Source: an uncultured delta proteobacterium | GTDB lineage: Bacteria; Desulfobacterota; Syntrophia; Syntrophales; UBA5619 | Direction: 5' to 3' | Assembly (NCBI GenBank): GCA_963817385.1 | Contig: CAWFOM010000031.1 | Coordinates: forward strand, 128,001 to 192,000 | DNA length: 64,000 nucleotides | Part shown: positions 39,431 to 49,960 of the stretch, piece after piece | How positions within the stretch are numbered: the first letter of the stretch is position 1 | Layout: the number at the start of each line of letters is the position of its first letter | Translations under genes and position numbers: made by a program | Notes under the pieces: model-generated | Database searches by the model: none | Seen by the model: only the letters and a program-made list of their open reading frames with translations | Told to the model about the DNA's origin: nothing

Positions 39431-41369
39431 ATGACTGACAGTAAACAACAAAGCATCCTGGCGGGAGTCAATTTCCCCAAGGACATCCGGCGTCTCAACA
39501 TGGCGGAGCTCAATGGTCTCGCGGAGGAGATCCGGGAGATGATGATCGAGACCGTCTCCCGGCAGGGCGGTCACCTGGCCTCCTCCCTGGGGACGGTGGA
39601 GCTGACGCTCGCCCTCCACTATGTATTCGACACCCCCCGGGACCGCCTCGTCTGGGACGTGGGACACCAGGCCTATGCCCACAAGATCATCACCGGCAGG
39701 AAGGAGCGCTTCGCACACCCTCCGGCAGAAGGGGGGGATCAGCGGCTTCCCGAAGCGGGAGGAGAGCCCCTACGACGTCTTCGATGTGGGGCACAGCGGG
39801 ACCTCCATATCCGCGGCGGCGGGAATGGCCGAGGCGCGCTGCCTGAAGGGGGAGGATTTCCGGATCATCGCCGTCATCGGCGACGGTTCGATGTCCGCCG
39901 GGATGGCCTTCGAGGGGCTCAACTGGACCGGAGACCGCCACAAGAACCTGATCATCATCCTGAACGACAACGAGATGTGCATCTCCCCGAATGTCGGCGC
40001 CCTCTCCTCCTATCTCAACCGGATCATGACCGGCCAGACGGTGAACCGGATCAGGACGGAGGTCAAGACCTTCCTGAAATCGGTTCCCGGAATCGGCGAA
40101 CAGATGCTCAAGTTCTCCCGCCAGGTGGAGGAGTCGCTCAAGACCTTCTTCGTCCCCGGCGCGATCTTCGAGGAACTGGGGTTCACCTATGTAGGCCCCC
40201 TGGAGGGGCACCGCCTCGACCACCTCATCAAGACCCTGGAAAACGTCCGGCAGCTCTCCGGGCCCGTTCTCGTCCACGTCGTGACGCAGAAGGGGAAGGG
40301 CTATAAATACGCCGAGGACGACCCCTCCCGGTTTCACGGCATCCCCCCGTTCGACATCGAAACGGGGGAACCGGTCGCCGCCGGTTCTTCGCCGCCTCCC
40401 GCCTCCTACACCTCGGTGTTCGGCCGGACGATCGTGACCTTGGCCCGCGAGGACACGCGAATCGTCGCGATCACGGCGGCGATGTCCGAAGGGACGGGGC
40501 TCGACCGGTTCGCCGGTGAATTCCCGGGACGGTTCTACGACGTGGGGATGGCCGAACAGCACGGAGTGACCTTTGCGGCGGGGCTTGCCACCCAGGGGTT
40601 CATCCCCATCGTGGCGATCTACTCCACCTTCATGCAGCGGGCCTACGACCAGATCATCCACGACGTCTGCCTGCAGAAACTGCCGGTGGTCCTGGCGATG
40701 GACCGGGGAGGCTTCGTGGGGGCGGACGGTCCGACCCACCACGGCCTGTTCGACTTCGCCTTCCTCCGCACCATCCCGAACATCGTCGTCATGGCGCCGA
40801 AGGACGAAAACGAACTCCAGCACATGATGAAGACCGCCGTAACCTGCGGCCGCCCCGTATCCCTGCGCTATCCCCGGGGAAGGGGGGTCGGCGCGACCTT
40901 GGACGACAAACCCCGGGCAATTCCCGTCGGAAAGGGCGAGATCCTGCGGGATTCGCCGGACGCGGCGCTGGCCGTGGTCGCCATCGGCGCCTGCGTATAT
41001 CCGGCCCTCTCCGCCGCCGAACTCCTGCAGGCCGAAGGGATCCCCATCCGAGTCATCAACGCCCGGTTCGTAAAGCCGCTCGATACCGAGCTCCTCTGCA
41101 GCACGGCGATGAATTTCAAGCGGATCATCACCGTCGAGGAGAACACCCTGATGGGCGGCTTCGGGAGCGCCATTCTCGAGCTCTTCGCGGAGAGGGGGCT
41201 TGCCGGCGTCGCCGTCCGGCGCCTGGGCATTCCGGACGAGTTCGCCCAGCATGCGACCCAGAAGGAACTCCGGCGACTCTACGGGATCGATGCGGAGGGG
41301 ATCGCCGCGGCGGTGCGGGAGATGCTGGATGATGAAAAACGCAAAGATTCCCAAGATCCGACTGGATAG
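39431..41369 (+). CDS. dxs: 1-deoxy-D-xylulose-5-phosphate synthase; frameshift near 39715
   Basis: [24 protein letters not shown] in ORF 39431; [36 protein letters not shown] in ORF 39621. Confidence 0.93.
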
Positions 41370-42099
41370 CCTGCTCGTCGAACGGGGCCTGGCGGAGAGC
41401 CGGGAGCAGGCGCAGGCGCTGATTCTCTCGGGGACGATCCTCGTCGGCGACCGGCCGGCGGACAAGGCGGGAACCCCGATCCCCGCCGATGCCCAGATCC
41501 GGATCCGGGGCGAGGCGAGCCCGTATGTAAGCCGGGGCGGCCTCAAGCTCCGGGGCGCCCTCGACGCCTTCGGGATCTCCGTGGCGGGCCTCAACGCCAT
41601 CGACATCGGCGCCTCCACCGGCGGCTTCACCGACTGCCTCCTCCAGGCGGGGGCGGCAAAGGTCTCCGCCGTCGACGTCGGTTACGGTCAGCTCGCCTGG
41701 AAGCTCCGGGAGGATCCGCGGGTCGTCAGCATCGAACGGACGAACATCCGCCATTACGACGGCGCGGGCATCACCGGCGAAATCGACCTCGCGGTGATCG
41801 ACGTCTCCTTCATCTCGCTGAAGCTCGTCATTCCCCCCGTCGTGAAGCTGATCCGGGAGGGCGCGATCATCATCGCCCTCGTCAAGCCGCAGTTCGAGGT
41901 GGACAAGGGCGAGGTCGGCAGCCACGGCGTCGTCCGCGAACCGAAGCTCCACCGACGGATTCTCGCGGAGATCGAGGCGTTTTGCCGGGAGATCGGGCTT
42001 GCGGTCATGGGGAGCTGCGAATCCCCCCTCACGGGGCCGGCGGGAAACAGGGAGTTCTTCATCTGCCTCAGGAAACCGCCGGGCGGCGGGTCCGGCTGA
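41332..42099 (+). CDS. tlyA: TlyA family RNA methyltransferase
   Basis: RLDSLLV S4 domain, YVSRGGLKL, DIGASTGGFTD, KPQFE, GNREF. Confidence 0.93.
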   Translation: MKNAKIPKIRLDSLLVERGLAESREQAQALILSGTILVGDRPADKAGTPIPADAQIRIRGEASPYVSRGGLKLRGALDAFGISVAGLNAIDIGASTGGFTDCLLQAGAAKVSAVDVGYGQLAWKLREDPRVVSIERTNIRHYDGAGITGEIDLAVIDVSFISLKLVIPPVVKLIREGAIIIALVKPQFEVDKGEVGSHGVVREPKLHRRILAEIEAFCREIGLAVMGSCESPLTGPAGNREFFICLRKPPGGGSG

Positions 42100-42113
42100 A
42101 GGGGAGAACGGGG

Positions 42114-43859
42114 ATGGGGGTAAAGCTGGCGAAGACCGCCGGGGTCTGCATGGGCGTGAAGCGGGCCGTGGACATGGTCATCGACATGGCCCGCCACAAG
42201 GGTCATGAGACCATCTACACCTATGGCCCCCTTATCCATAACCCCCAGACCGTTGAGCTCCTTCAGGAGCGGGGCATCGTCCCGGTCAGGAGCCTTGACG
42301 AGTTCGACTGCGCCCCCCCCGGCGCTGCCATGATCATCCGCGCCCACGGCATTTCGCCCGCCGAACGAAGGAAAATCAAGGAAAAGGGGTTCCATATCAT
42401 CGACGCCACCTGCCCCAAGGTGGCCCATGTCCAGGCGATCATCCGGAAACATGCGGCCGCGGGGTTCACGGTCCTGATCGCCGGAGACCGCGAGCATCCG
42501 GAGGTAAACGGTCTGTTGGGCTTTGCCGGCGAGGGCGGGATCGTCATCGGATCCCCCGATGAGGTGGCAGGCCTCCCCGAGTCCCCGAAGGTGTGCGTCG
42601 TCGCCCAGACGACGCAGAGTCTGGAGGAATACGCGGCCATCGTCCGCCGCATCCGTGAGCGGTTCCCCGAGGCGGTCGTCTTCGAGACGATCTGCGACTC
42701 GACGGAGAAACGCCAGGCGGAAATCAAGGCGCTCGCCACGGGAACGGACGCCGTCTTCATCGTCGGCGGCCTAAACAGCGCCAACACCCGGCGTCTGGCG
42801 GAACTCGCGAAACTCCAGGGGAAACCCGCCTTCCACATCGAAACCGCCGAAGAACTCTCGGCGATCGATATTGAACCCTACCGCCGGATCGGGGTATCCG
42901 CCGGGGCGTCGACCCCCAACTGGATCATCGATCGGGTGGTTGACCATCTGACCGGCCGCCAAGGGAAAAAGGAAGAGTACCTCCGGCGCCTCTTCAAGAT
43001 CTGGGTCTTTGCCGTCCGCACGGACCTCTACTCCGCCGCGGGCGCCGGCTGCCTTTCGCTCGTCGCCATGCTCCTCCAGGGGCTGCCGGTGAACCCCCTC
43101 CACATCCTGACCGCTTCCCTCTACGTCTACGCCATGCACGTCCTCAACCGGTTCATTAACCGCAAGACGAGCAGCATCAGCTCCTTTCGGGAAGAATCCT
43201 ACCTCCTCCATGAGAAGATCTATGTGTCCCTGGCCGTCATATCGATGGTCCTCGCACTCAGCGCCTCCCTGGTCGCGGGGCCGGCGCCCTTCATCCTGCT
43301 GTTCGTCATCTCGCTCTCCGGCATCCTCTACAATACTCGTCTCTTGCCGGCCGGATGGCGGTTTCAGAGCCTGAAGGATATACCGGGTTCGAAGAACATC
43401 GCCACCGCCATCGCCTGGGCGGCGGTGACGGCTCTCCTGCCGTGGATCGAAACCGGCCCGGCGCCGACGCCGGGCCTCGCGGTTGCCTTTTTCTTCATCG
43501 CCGGCATCGTCTTCATCCGCTCGGCGCTCTCGGACATCCTCGACATCCAGAGCGACCGGCTGATCGGCCGGGAGACCCTCCCTGTCCTCATCGGCGGGGA
43601 AAAAACCCTTATCCTCCTCCAATGCGTCTCCGCGCTCCTGTTTCTCCTGCTTTTGGCGGCCTCACCGGCCGGGTGGTCGACCTCGCTCAGTTTTGTCCTG
43701 TTAACATCAGTATTTTATATATGGATTTGTTTTAAACTTTATGATAGAAGGTCCGGGTTTTCCGGAGTCGTCCTGGAAGGGCTCTTAGAAAGCAGTTACA
43801 TCGTCGCCGGGCTAAGCGCCCTGCTGTGGCTAATTGCACACAGAGGCATGACCGCCTGA
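42114..43859 (+). CDS. ispH: HMBPP reductase IspH fused to a C-terminal UbiA-like membrane domain
   Basis: AGVCMGVKRA, LIHN, DATCP, TICDST, SANT, AGASTP; then ~8 TM helices with KDIPGSK and DILDIQSDRLIGRETLP. Confidence 0.9.
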   Translation: MGVKLAKTAGVCMGVKRAVDMVIDMARHKGHETIYTYGPLIHNPQTVELLQERGIVPVRSLDEFDCAPPGAAMIIRAHGISPAERRKIKEKGFHIIDATCPKVAHVQAIIRKHAAAGFTVLIAGDREHPEVNGLLGFAGEGGIVIGSPDEVAGLPESPKVCVVAQTTQSLEEYAAIVRRIRERFPEAVVFETICDSTEKRQAEIKALATGTDAVFIVGGLNSANTRRLAELAKLQGKPAFHIETAEELSAIDIEPYRRIGVSAGASTPNWIIDRVVDHLTGRQGKKEEYLRRLFKIWVFAVRTDLYSAAGAGCLSLVAMLLQGLPVNPLHILTASLYVYAMHVLNRFINRKTSSISSFREESYLLHEKIYVSLAVISMVLALSASLVAGPAPFILLFVISLSGILYNTRLLPAGWRFQSLKDIPGSKNIATAIAWAAVTALLPWIETGPAPTPGLAVAFFFIAGIVFIRSALSDILDIQSDRLIGRETLPVLIGGEKTLILLQCVSALLFLLLLAASPAGWSTSLSFVLLTSVFYIWICFKLYDRRSGFSGVVLEGLLESSYIVAGLSALLWLIAHRGMTA

Positions 43860-43874
43860 ACCGGAGGTGCCGTA

Positions 43875-44462
43875 GTGAGGAAAACAGGGGGAACGGCCAT
43901 CCTCGCTTTCCTGCTTTTGGGGGTCCTGGGGTGCGGAGGCCTTCGCTATTCGCAGGTCTCGCCGGAGGCAAAGGAGTTTCATCCCCGGGGAATCGCTCTG
44001 ATTCCCGCCGACACGACCGCCTTTCCGGAGGCGAAGGGCATTGTCGATCGCATTTTTGTCGAAGCCCTTGGTGAGCGGAAGTGGTTCACCGATATCGTCG
44101 GGGGAGAAGAGATCAGACGCCGCCTGGACACGGATCCGGAACTCCGGCAGGCCGTCGCGGAGTACCTGGCAAAACTGAGGAACGTCAGTTTCTCCGACCC
44201 GGACCTGAGCGGCAGAATCGGCGCTCTAACCCGCGCCGAGGCCCTTTTGCTCGTCCGCGTCGATTATTGGAACTACACGACGGAAAACGATAATAAAGTT
44301 GGCAAGGTGAGCCTCTCGATCACGATGGTCGAGGCCAAGACCGGCAAGACCATCTGGAGCGCGGTCCACAACCGGGCAAGCGATTACCTGATCATCAAAC
44401 CGGATCTCCCCGATGTCGGCAGGGATCTTATCCGAGAAATGATCGGTTATATGCCGCATTAG
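43875..44462 (+). CDS. Hypothetical lipoprotein
   Basis: Signal with VLGC lipobox; RBS GGAGG before GTG. Confidence 0.7.
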   Translation: MRKTGGTAILAFLLLGVLGCGGLRYSQVSPEAKEFHPRGIALIPADTTAFPEAKGIVDRIFVEALGERKWFTDIVGGEEIRRRLDTDPELRQAVAEYLAKLRNVSFSDPDLSGRIGALTRAEALLLVRVDYWNYTTENDNKVGKVSLSITMVEAKTGKTIWSAVHNRASDYLIIKPDLPDVGRDLIREMIGYMPH

Positions 44463-44492
44463 GGGCAGACCCTTACCAAGAGGGGGAAACGG

Positions 44493-44723
44493 ATGCTTGA
44501 AATGAAGGAACTCGTACAAAAAGCGATAGACAAGATCAGGCCCAATCTCCAGGCGGACGGCGGGGATGTGGAGCTGATCGACGTAGGCGAAGATGGGGTG
44601 GTGAAGGTGAAACTGGTTGGGGCCTGCCACGGCTGCCCGATGGCCCAGATGACACTCAAAAATGGGATTGAAAAATTCCTCAAACAGGAGGTCCCCGCGG
44701 TCAAATCCGTGGTTTCCGTTTGA
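44493..44723 (+). CDS. NifU/NfuA C-terminal domain Fe-S carrier protein
   Basis: IRPNLQADGGDVEL, GACHGCP, TLKNGIE. Confidence 0.92.
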   Translation: MLEMKELVQKAIDKIRPNLQADGGDVELIDVGEDGVVKVKLVGACHGCPMAQMTLKNGIEKFLKQEVPAVKSVVSV

Positions 44724-44781
44724 GATAACCGGACCGGATGAACCGGTCAGGACGATAAAAAAAGAAGAAGGAGAAAACGAT

Positions 44782-44961
44782 ATGGCGTATATTATTACGG
44801 ATGAATGTATTGCTTGCGGTTCCTGTCAGGATGAATGCCCTGCGGAGGCGATCAGCGAAGGGGAAGATAAATATACCATCGATCCCAAGCTGTGTACGGA
44901 CTGCGGGACCTGCGCTGAACAGTGCCCGGTCGAGGCGATCACGCCCGGCGAAGAGAAGTAG
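44782..44961 (+). CDS. 2x[4Fe-4S] ferredoxin
   Basis: CIACGSCQDECP and CTDCGTCAEQCP; RBS AAGGAG. Confidence 0.95.
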   Translation: MAYIITDECIACGSCQDECPAEAISEGEDKYTIDPKLCTDCGTCAEQCPVEAITPGEEK

Positions 44962-44987
44962 AACCAAATCGGTTATCTGACAGGCAA

Positions 44988-45034
44988 AGGGGAGAGCCGT
45001 ACCGGAGACGGGCCGCGGCTTTCCCCTCTGTTTT
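44988..45034 (+). terminator. Intrinsic terminator after the ferredoxin gene
   Basis: AGGGGAGAGCCG...CGGCTTTCCCCT stem + CTGTTTT. Confidence 0.6.
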
Positions 45035-45051
45035 ATGGTGGTTGGGGTACC

Positions 45052-45227
45052 TCGAAAGGATTTTACCGGGACTCAGGATCTTTTTTCGACCCTGCTCATC
45101 CTCGCTAAAGCTGCCGAAAACCAACTCGCGCTTCGCGCTCAAACTTGTTTTCCGGCAGGCGCTCCACTCAAGGTGGCAGGGTGCCCGAAAAAATCTCTGA
45201 ATCGTCCCTCTTAAAAAATCCTTTCGA
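45052..45227. repeat. ~175-bp long imperfect inverted repeat (MITE-like)
   Basis: Ends TCGAAAGGATTTT / AAAATCCTTTCGA are complementary; inner arms TTTTTCG..CCCTGC / GCAGGG..CGAAAAA also pair. Confidence 0.65.
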
Positions 45228-45259
45228 TGCATGGGTTTTTTGATTGAATAGGCGGCAGG

Positions 45260-45925
45260 ATGAGACGATTTGTCACCTTTGAGGGGATCGAGGGGTGTGG
45301 GAAGACCACCCAGATCAGACTTGCAGCTCTCTGGCTGAAGGAGCGCGGCATCCCTTTCCTCACGACCGCCGAACCGGGCGGGACGCCACTCGGCCGGAAG
45401 ATTCGCGAAATTTTGTTGAACCGCGGTTCCTTCGCCATCAGCGCCGAGGCGGAGCTCCTCCTTTTTGCCGCTGCGCGCGCCCAGCACGTTCGGGAGACCA
45501 TCCTCCCCGCGCTGAAGGAGGGACGATGGGTTCTCTGCGACCGCTTTGCGGATGCAACAATTGCCTACCAGGGCTTCGGCCGGGGTCTCGACACTGGGTT
45601 TATCCGCACGTTGAATGCCTTCTCCGCACTCTCGCTGATGCCGGACATGACGCTGCTTATCGATACCCCTGTCGAGACGGGACTCGATAGGGCGAAGAGA
45701 AGAACGGCCGGTATCCGACCGGAAACGGCCGAAGACCGATTCGAGCAGGAGGATCGGGCTTTTCACGGAAGGATCCGGGAGGGATACCTGACCCTCGCGG
45801 CCGAAGATCCGGAACGTTTCCGGATCATCGACGGATCGGCGGACATCGATACGATCCATGCCGAGGTTTGCCGCCATCTGGCGGCGCTTATTGAAGAATC
45901 CTTCCCCCGGGGGACAAAGGCACTC
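45260..45925 (+). CDS. tmk: Thymidylate kinase (reads in frame into holB in this assembly)
   Basis: FVTFEGIEGCGKTTQ, EPGGT, CDRF.D.TIAYQG. Confidence 0.9.
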
Positions 45926-46894
45926 ATGACGTTCGCCGAGATTTATGGTCACGAAAAACAGATCGCGATTCTGAAGAGCGCCATGGCGAACAGCCGCATC
46001 GCCCACGCCTATCTCTTCTACGGGATGGAGGGGATCGGCAAGAAGACCCTGGCGTCCGTTTTTGCCAGGGCCTTGAACTGCGAAAGTGAAACCCCTCCCT
46101 GCGATGTCTGCGCCTCCTGTCGAAAAGCGGAACGCAAAACCCATCCGGACATCATCACGATCACGGCGGAAGGCCAGTTCATCAAGATCGGAGCGGTCAA
46201 GGAGCTCCAGGAGCAGATGAAGTTCCGGCCCCGGGAGGGGCGGCGGCGGGTTTTTATCCTGACGGAGGCGGACCGGATGAACGCCGCGGCGGCCAACGCC
46301 CTCCTGAAGACCCTGGAGGAACCGTCGGCGGGAAACATTCTCCTGCTCACCACCTCCCGCCCCCATGCCCTCCCCCTCACCATCCTCTCCCGCTGCCAGC
46401 ATCTCCGTTTCACCCCCCTGCCGCGGGAGGAGGTGGCCCGATTTCTGCGGGAGAAGGATGCACTCGACCCGGACGCCGCGGCGGTCCTCGCCGCTTCGTC
46501 GGGCGGCAGTATCGGCAAGGCCCGGGAGATGAACCGGGAGGACTACCTCATCCTGAGAAACGGAATCCTGGAGTACCTGTCGACGGACGATCCGGAGGAT
46601 CCCCTCAAGCGACTCGCCTTTGCCGGCCGTTTTGGGACGGAGCGGGAAGAGATCCTGGAGAGTCTCCAGATCCTGAAGACTTGCTACCGGGATGCCATGG
46701 TCTTCCGGGAGACGAGGGATTCGGAAGGGCTGATCTTCCGCGACCGGATCACCCTCATTCAGGCAGTTGCCGAACGTCTGTCGGGGCGCACCCTTATCCA
46801 CAACCTCGCCGCAGTGGAGGCAGCCATGAGCGCTATCGATCAGAATGCCAATAAGACGTTGACTTTGGAGACCATGGTGATTAAGCTCGCTTGA
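45926..46894 (+). CDS. holB: DNA polymerase III subunit delta'
   Basis: AHAYLFYG..GIGK, Zn module C..PCDVCASC, HPD, AANALLKTLEEP, TILSRC. Confidence 0.92.
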   Translation: MTFAEIYGHEKQIAILKSAMANSRIAHAYLFYGMEGIGKKTLASVFARALNCESETPPCDVCASCRKAERKTHPDIITITAEGQFIKIGAVKELQEQMKFRPREGRRRVFILTEADRMNAAAANALLKTLEEPSAGNILLLTTSRPHALPLTILSRCQHLRFTPLPREEVARFLREKDALDPDAAAVLAASSGGSIGKAREMNREDYLILRNGILEYLSTDDPEDPLKRLAFAGRFGTEREEILESLQILKTCYRDAMVFRETRDSEGLIFRDRITLIQAVAERLSGRTLIHNLAAVEAAMSAIDQNANKTLTLETMVIKLA

Positions 46895-46922
46895 AGAACA
46901 TATGCAAAAGAGGTGAAGAACC

Positions 46923-47819
46923 TTGAAAAATATCGTCGGTGTCAAGTTCAAGAAGGAAGGGAAAATTTACAGCTTCCATGCGGCCGATCTCCCGCTGAAA
47001 CAGGACGACCTTGTCGTGGTCAGCACGGAAAACGGCCCGGCCGTCGGCACGGTGGTGAAGGAGGTTCAGGCCGTCCCGTCTGAGCAACTGGCCGCCAATC
47101 TCAAGAATGTCATTCGTATGGCTTCGGATGAGGACTTGACCGCTTGTGAGAACAACCGCAGGATGGAGCGGGAGGCCATGCAGTTCTGCACCCGGCGGAT
47201 CGCAGAGAGGCAGCTCCCGATGAAGTTGATTGATGTGGAATGCCTCTTCGATCAGACAAAGGTGGTCTTCTACTTCACCGCGGAGAGCAGGGTGGACTTC
47301 CGGGATCTGGTGAAGGATCTCGTTCAGAAGTTCCGGACCCGCATCGAACTCAGACAGATCGGCGCGCGGCAGGAAGCACGCATCATCAAGGGGCTCGGGA
47401 TCTGCGGACGGGAAGTCTGCTGCGCGACGCTCCTGCAGAGCCTGGATCGGGTTTCGGTCAAGATGGCCAAGGAACAGAACATGTCCCTCAACCCCGAGAA
47501 GATCTCCGGCCTCTGCGGCAGGCTAATGTGCTGCCTGGGCTACGAATACGACGGCTATGTAGACATGAAAAAAGACATGCCGAAATGCGGGAAGCTGGTC
47601 CAGACCCCCGAGGGACGGGGTAAAGTCACCCGCCAGAGCGCGCTTCGGGGAGAGGTCGTCGTCTTTTTGGAAAGCGGGAAAGAGGCGACCTTCAAGGTGA
47701 ATGAGATCCAGCGCACGACGGACTGCCGATGTACCGATCAAAGGAATGCGCACCAGACCGGAGGCGGACTTCGGAAGGTTCACGAAAAAACTTCCGGACC
47801 CCCGGTAAAGCAAAAATAA
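46923..47819 (+). CDS. PSP1-domain protein (YaaT/RicT-like)
   Basis: FYFTAESRVDFR, RIELRQIG, CGREVCC, SGLCGRLMCCL; TTG start; holB-PSP1-metG synteny. Confidence 0.9.
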   Translation: MKNIVGVKFKKEGKIYSFHAADLPLKQDDLVVVSTENGPAVGTVVKEVQAVPSEQLAANLKNVIRMASDEDLTACENNRRMEREAMQFCTRRIAERQLPMKLIDVECLFDQTKVVFYFTAESRVDFRDLVKDLVQKFRTRIELRQIGARQEARIIKGLGICGREVCCATLLQSLDRVSVKMAKEQNMSLNPEKISGLCGRLMCCLGYEYDGYVDMKKDMPKCGKLVQTPEGRGKVTRQSALRGEVVVFLESGKEATFKVNEIQRTTDCRCTDQRNAHQTGGGLRKVHEKTSGPPVKQK

Positions 47820-47849
47820 GAAAAGTGTTTCCGGAACCTTACGAGGTGA

Positions 47850-49757
47850 ATGATGGAAAATGCGTTTTATATCACGACGCCGATCTACTATGTGAACGCC
47901 TCACCCCACATCGGGCATGCCTATACGACCATCGTCGCCGACGTTCTGGCCCGCTACCACCGCCTGAAAGGCGTCCGGACCTTCTTCACGACCGGAACGG
48001 ACGAGCACGGCGACAAGATCGCCGAGGCCGCCCGGAAGGCCGGCGTGACCCCGCAGGAGTACGCGGACAGGATCAGCGCCCAGTTCAGGAATCTCTGGCC
48101 GGAGCTCGCGGTTACGAACGATTACTTCATCCGGACGACCGATCCGAACCATGTCGAAACGGTCCGGCGGATCCTCCAGAAGGTCCATGATTCAGGGGAT
48201 ATCTATTTCGGTCAATATGAGGGGTATTATTGCGTCGGCTGCGAACGCTTCTATATGGAAAAGGAGCTTCTCGACGGCAAGTGCCCCCAGCATGAAACGG
48301 TTCCCGAACACCGCAAGGAGAGCAACTACTTCTTCCGGATGAGCAAATACCAGAAGTGGCTCATCGACCACATCGAGGAAAACCCGGACTTCATCCGTCC
48401 GGAGCGCTATCGGAACGAGGCGCTGGCGTTTTTGCGCGACCCCCTGGAGGATCTCTGCATCTCCCGGCCGAAGAGCCGCCTTACCTGGGGAATCACACTC
48501 CCGTTCGACGAAAACTACGTGACCTACGTCTGGTTCGACGCCCTGATCAACTACGTCACGGCGGTCGGGTACCCGGACAGCGACAACTTTCGGACCTTCT
48601 GGCCCGTGGCCGAGCATCTGATCGCCAAGGACATCCTGAAACCCCACGGGATTTACTGGCCCACGATGCTCAAGGCAGCCGGGATCGAGCCCTACCGGCA
48701 TCTCAACGTCCACGGCTACTGGAACGTCGAGAAGAGCAAGATGTCCAAGAGCCTGGGGAATGTCGTCAAGCCTCTGGAACTCAAGGACAAGTACGGACTC
48801 GATCCCTTCCGGTACTTTCTGCTCAGGGACATGGTCTTCGGCCTCGATTCGAGCTTCTCCGAGGAGGCATTCGTCCAGCGGATCAACTCCGACCTGGCCA
48901 ATGATCTCGGCAACCTCGTCAGCCGGACGATGACGATGGCCGTCAAGTACGCGGACGGCCGCGTCCCGGATCCCACTCGCCCCGATGATGCGGACCGCAT
49001 CCTGGGGGAAACGGCCGCCCGGACCGTCGCCGAGGTGGAACTGGGCTTCGCGGAACTCGGCCTCCACAAGGCGCTGATCGCGATCTGGGAGTTCATCAAC
49101 GTCACCAACAAGTACATCGTCGAGCGGGAGCCCTGGGTCCTGGCGAAGGATCCGGCAAACCGGGGGCGTCTGGAGACGATCATCTATAACCTTCTGGAGG
49201 CCCTCCGGATCACGGCGGTCCTCATCTCCCCCTTCATGCCGGGTTCGGCGGCAAAGATGATGGATCAACTCGGTATTCCCGACGCCGCCGGCCAGAATTT
49301 TGAAAGTATCAAGATTTGGGGCGGTCTGAAGGTCGGAAATGGTTTGAAGCGGGGGGAATCACTCTTCCCCCGGGTGGAGCTCAAGACGGAGGAAGCCGGC
49401 CCGGAGGCCGTCAAGGCCGAGGTTCCGCCGATCAAACCGGAGATCTCCTACGAAGAGTTCGAGAAGGTGGACCTCCGGGCGGCGAAGGTGATCGCCGCCG
49501 AGCGGGTCCCCAAATCGAACAAGCTCCTGAAGCTGACGGTCGAAATCGACGGGGAGCGGCAGATCGTCGCCGGGATGGGGAAGGATTACACCCCGGAGGA
49601 GATCGTCGGCAAGACCATCGTCGTCGTCGCCAACCTCAAGCCCGCGAAGCTGATGGGCGTCGAATCCCGCGGCATGCTCCTGGCCACCGACACCGAAGAG
49701 GGGCTCACCCTCATCGGCTTCGACCGCCCCCCGAAGACCGGCGCCAAGATCCACTGA
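47850..49757 (+). CDS. metG: Methionine--tRNA ligase with C-terminal tRNA-binding domain
   Basis: YITTPIYYVN..HIGH, YVWFDAL, KMSKS, NLKPAKLMGVESRGM. Confidence 0.96.
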   Translation: MMENAFYITTPIYYVNASPHIGHAYTTIVADVLARYHRLKGVRTFFTTGTDEHGDKIAEAARKAGVTPQEYADRISAQFRNLWPELAVTNDYFIRTTDPNHVETVRRILQKVHDSGDIYFGQYEGYYCVGCERFYMEKELLDGKCPQHETVPEHRKESNYFFRMSKYQKWLIDHIEENPDFIRPERYRNEALAFLRDPLEDLCISRPKSRLTWGITLPFDENYVTYVWFDALINYVTAVGYPDSDNFRTFWPVAEHLIAKDILKPHGIYWPTMLKAAGIEPYRHLNVHGYWNVEKSKMSKSLGNVVKPLELKDKYGLDPFRYFLLRDMVFGLDSSFSEEAFVQRINSDLANDLGNLVSRTMTMAVKYADGRVPDPTRPDDADRILGETAARTVAEVELGFAELGLHKALIAIWEFINVTNKYIVEREPWVLAKDPANRGRLETIIYNLLEALRITAVLISPFMPGSAAKMMDQLGIPDAAGQNFESIKIWGGLKVGNGLKRGESLFPRVELKTEEAGPEAVKAEVPPIKPEISYEEFEKVDLRAAKVIAAERVPKSNKLLKLTVEIDGERQIVAGMGKDYTPEEIVGKTIVVVANLKPAKLMGVESRGMLLATDTEEGLTLIGFDRPPKTGAKIH

Positions 49758-49847
49758 AAAATCGGCAACTCCTTCGCCAAATTGGTCGATCCCCGCGCGG
49801 GAATCTCATCACCCGCCGTCACCCGTCCTGTCTCAGCGCGATGCGCC

Positions 49848-49905
49848 GGGACAAAATCTCACGGGATAAAATCTCCTTGACATACAGAGACGCTTTCCGT
49901 AACCT
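49848..49905 (+). promoter_or_regulatory. Sigma70-like promoter with an upstream direct repeat
   Basis: GGGAYAAAATCTC x2 immediately before TTGACA-17 bp-TAACCT. Confidence 0.6.
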
Positions 49906-49960
49906 CAGCCCGCGTAAAAGCAACTTTTTATCAGTAAAAACCGAAACGGAAGGCGGAAGG

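Noticed and set aside
39431..41369. dxs as a pseudogene or programmed frameshift
   Set aside because: Normally essential MEP gene with both halves intact; no slippery heptamer; fits the assembly-wide indel pattern
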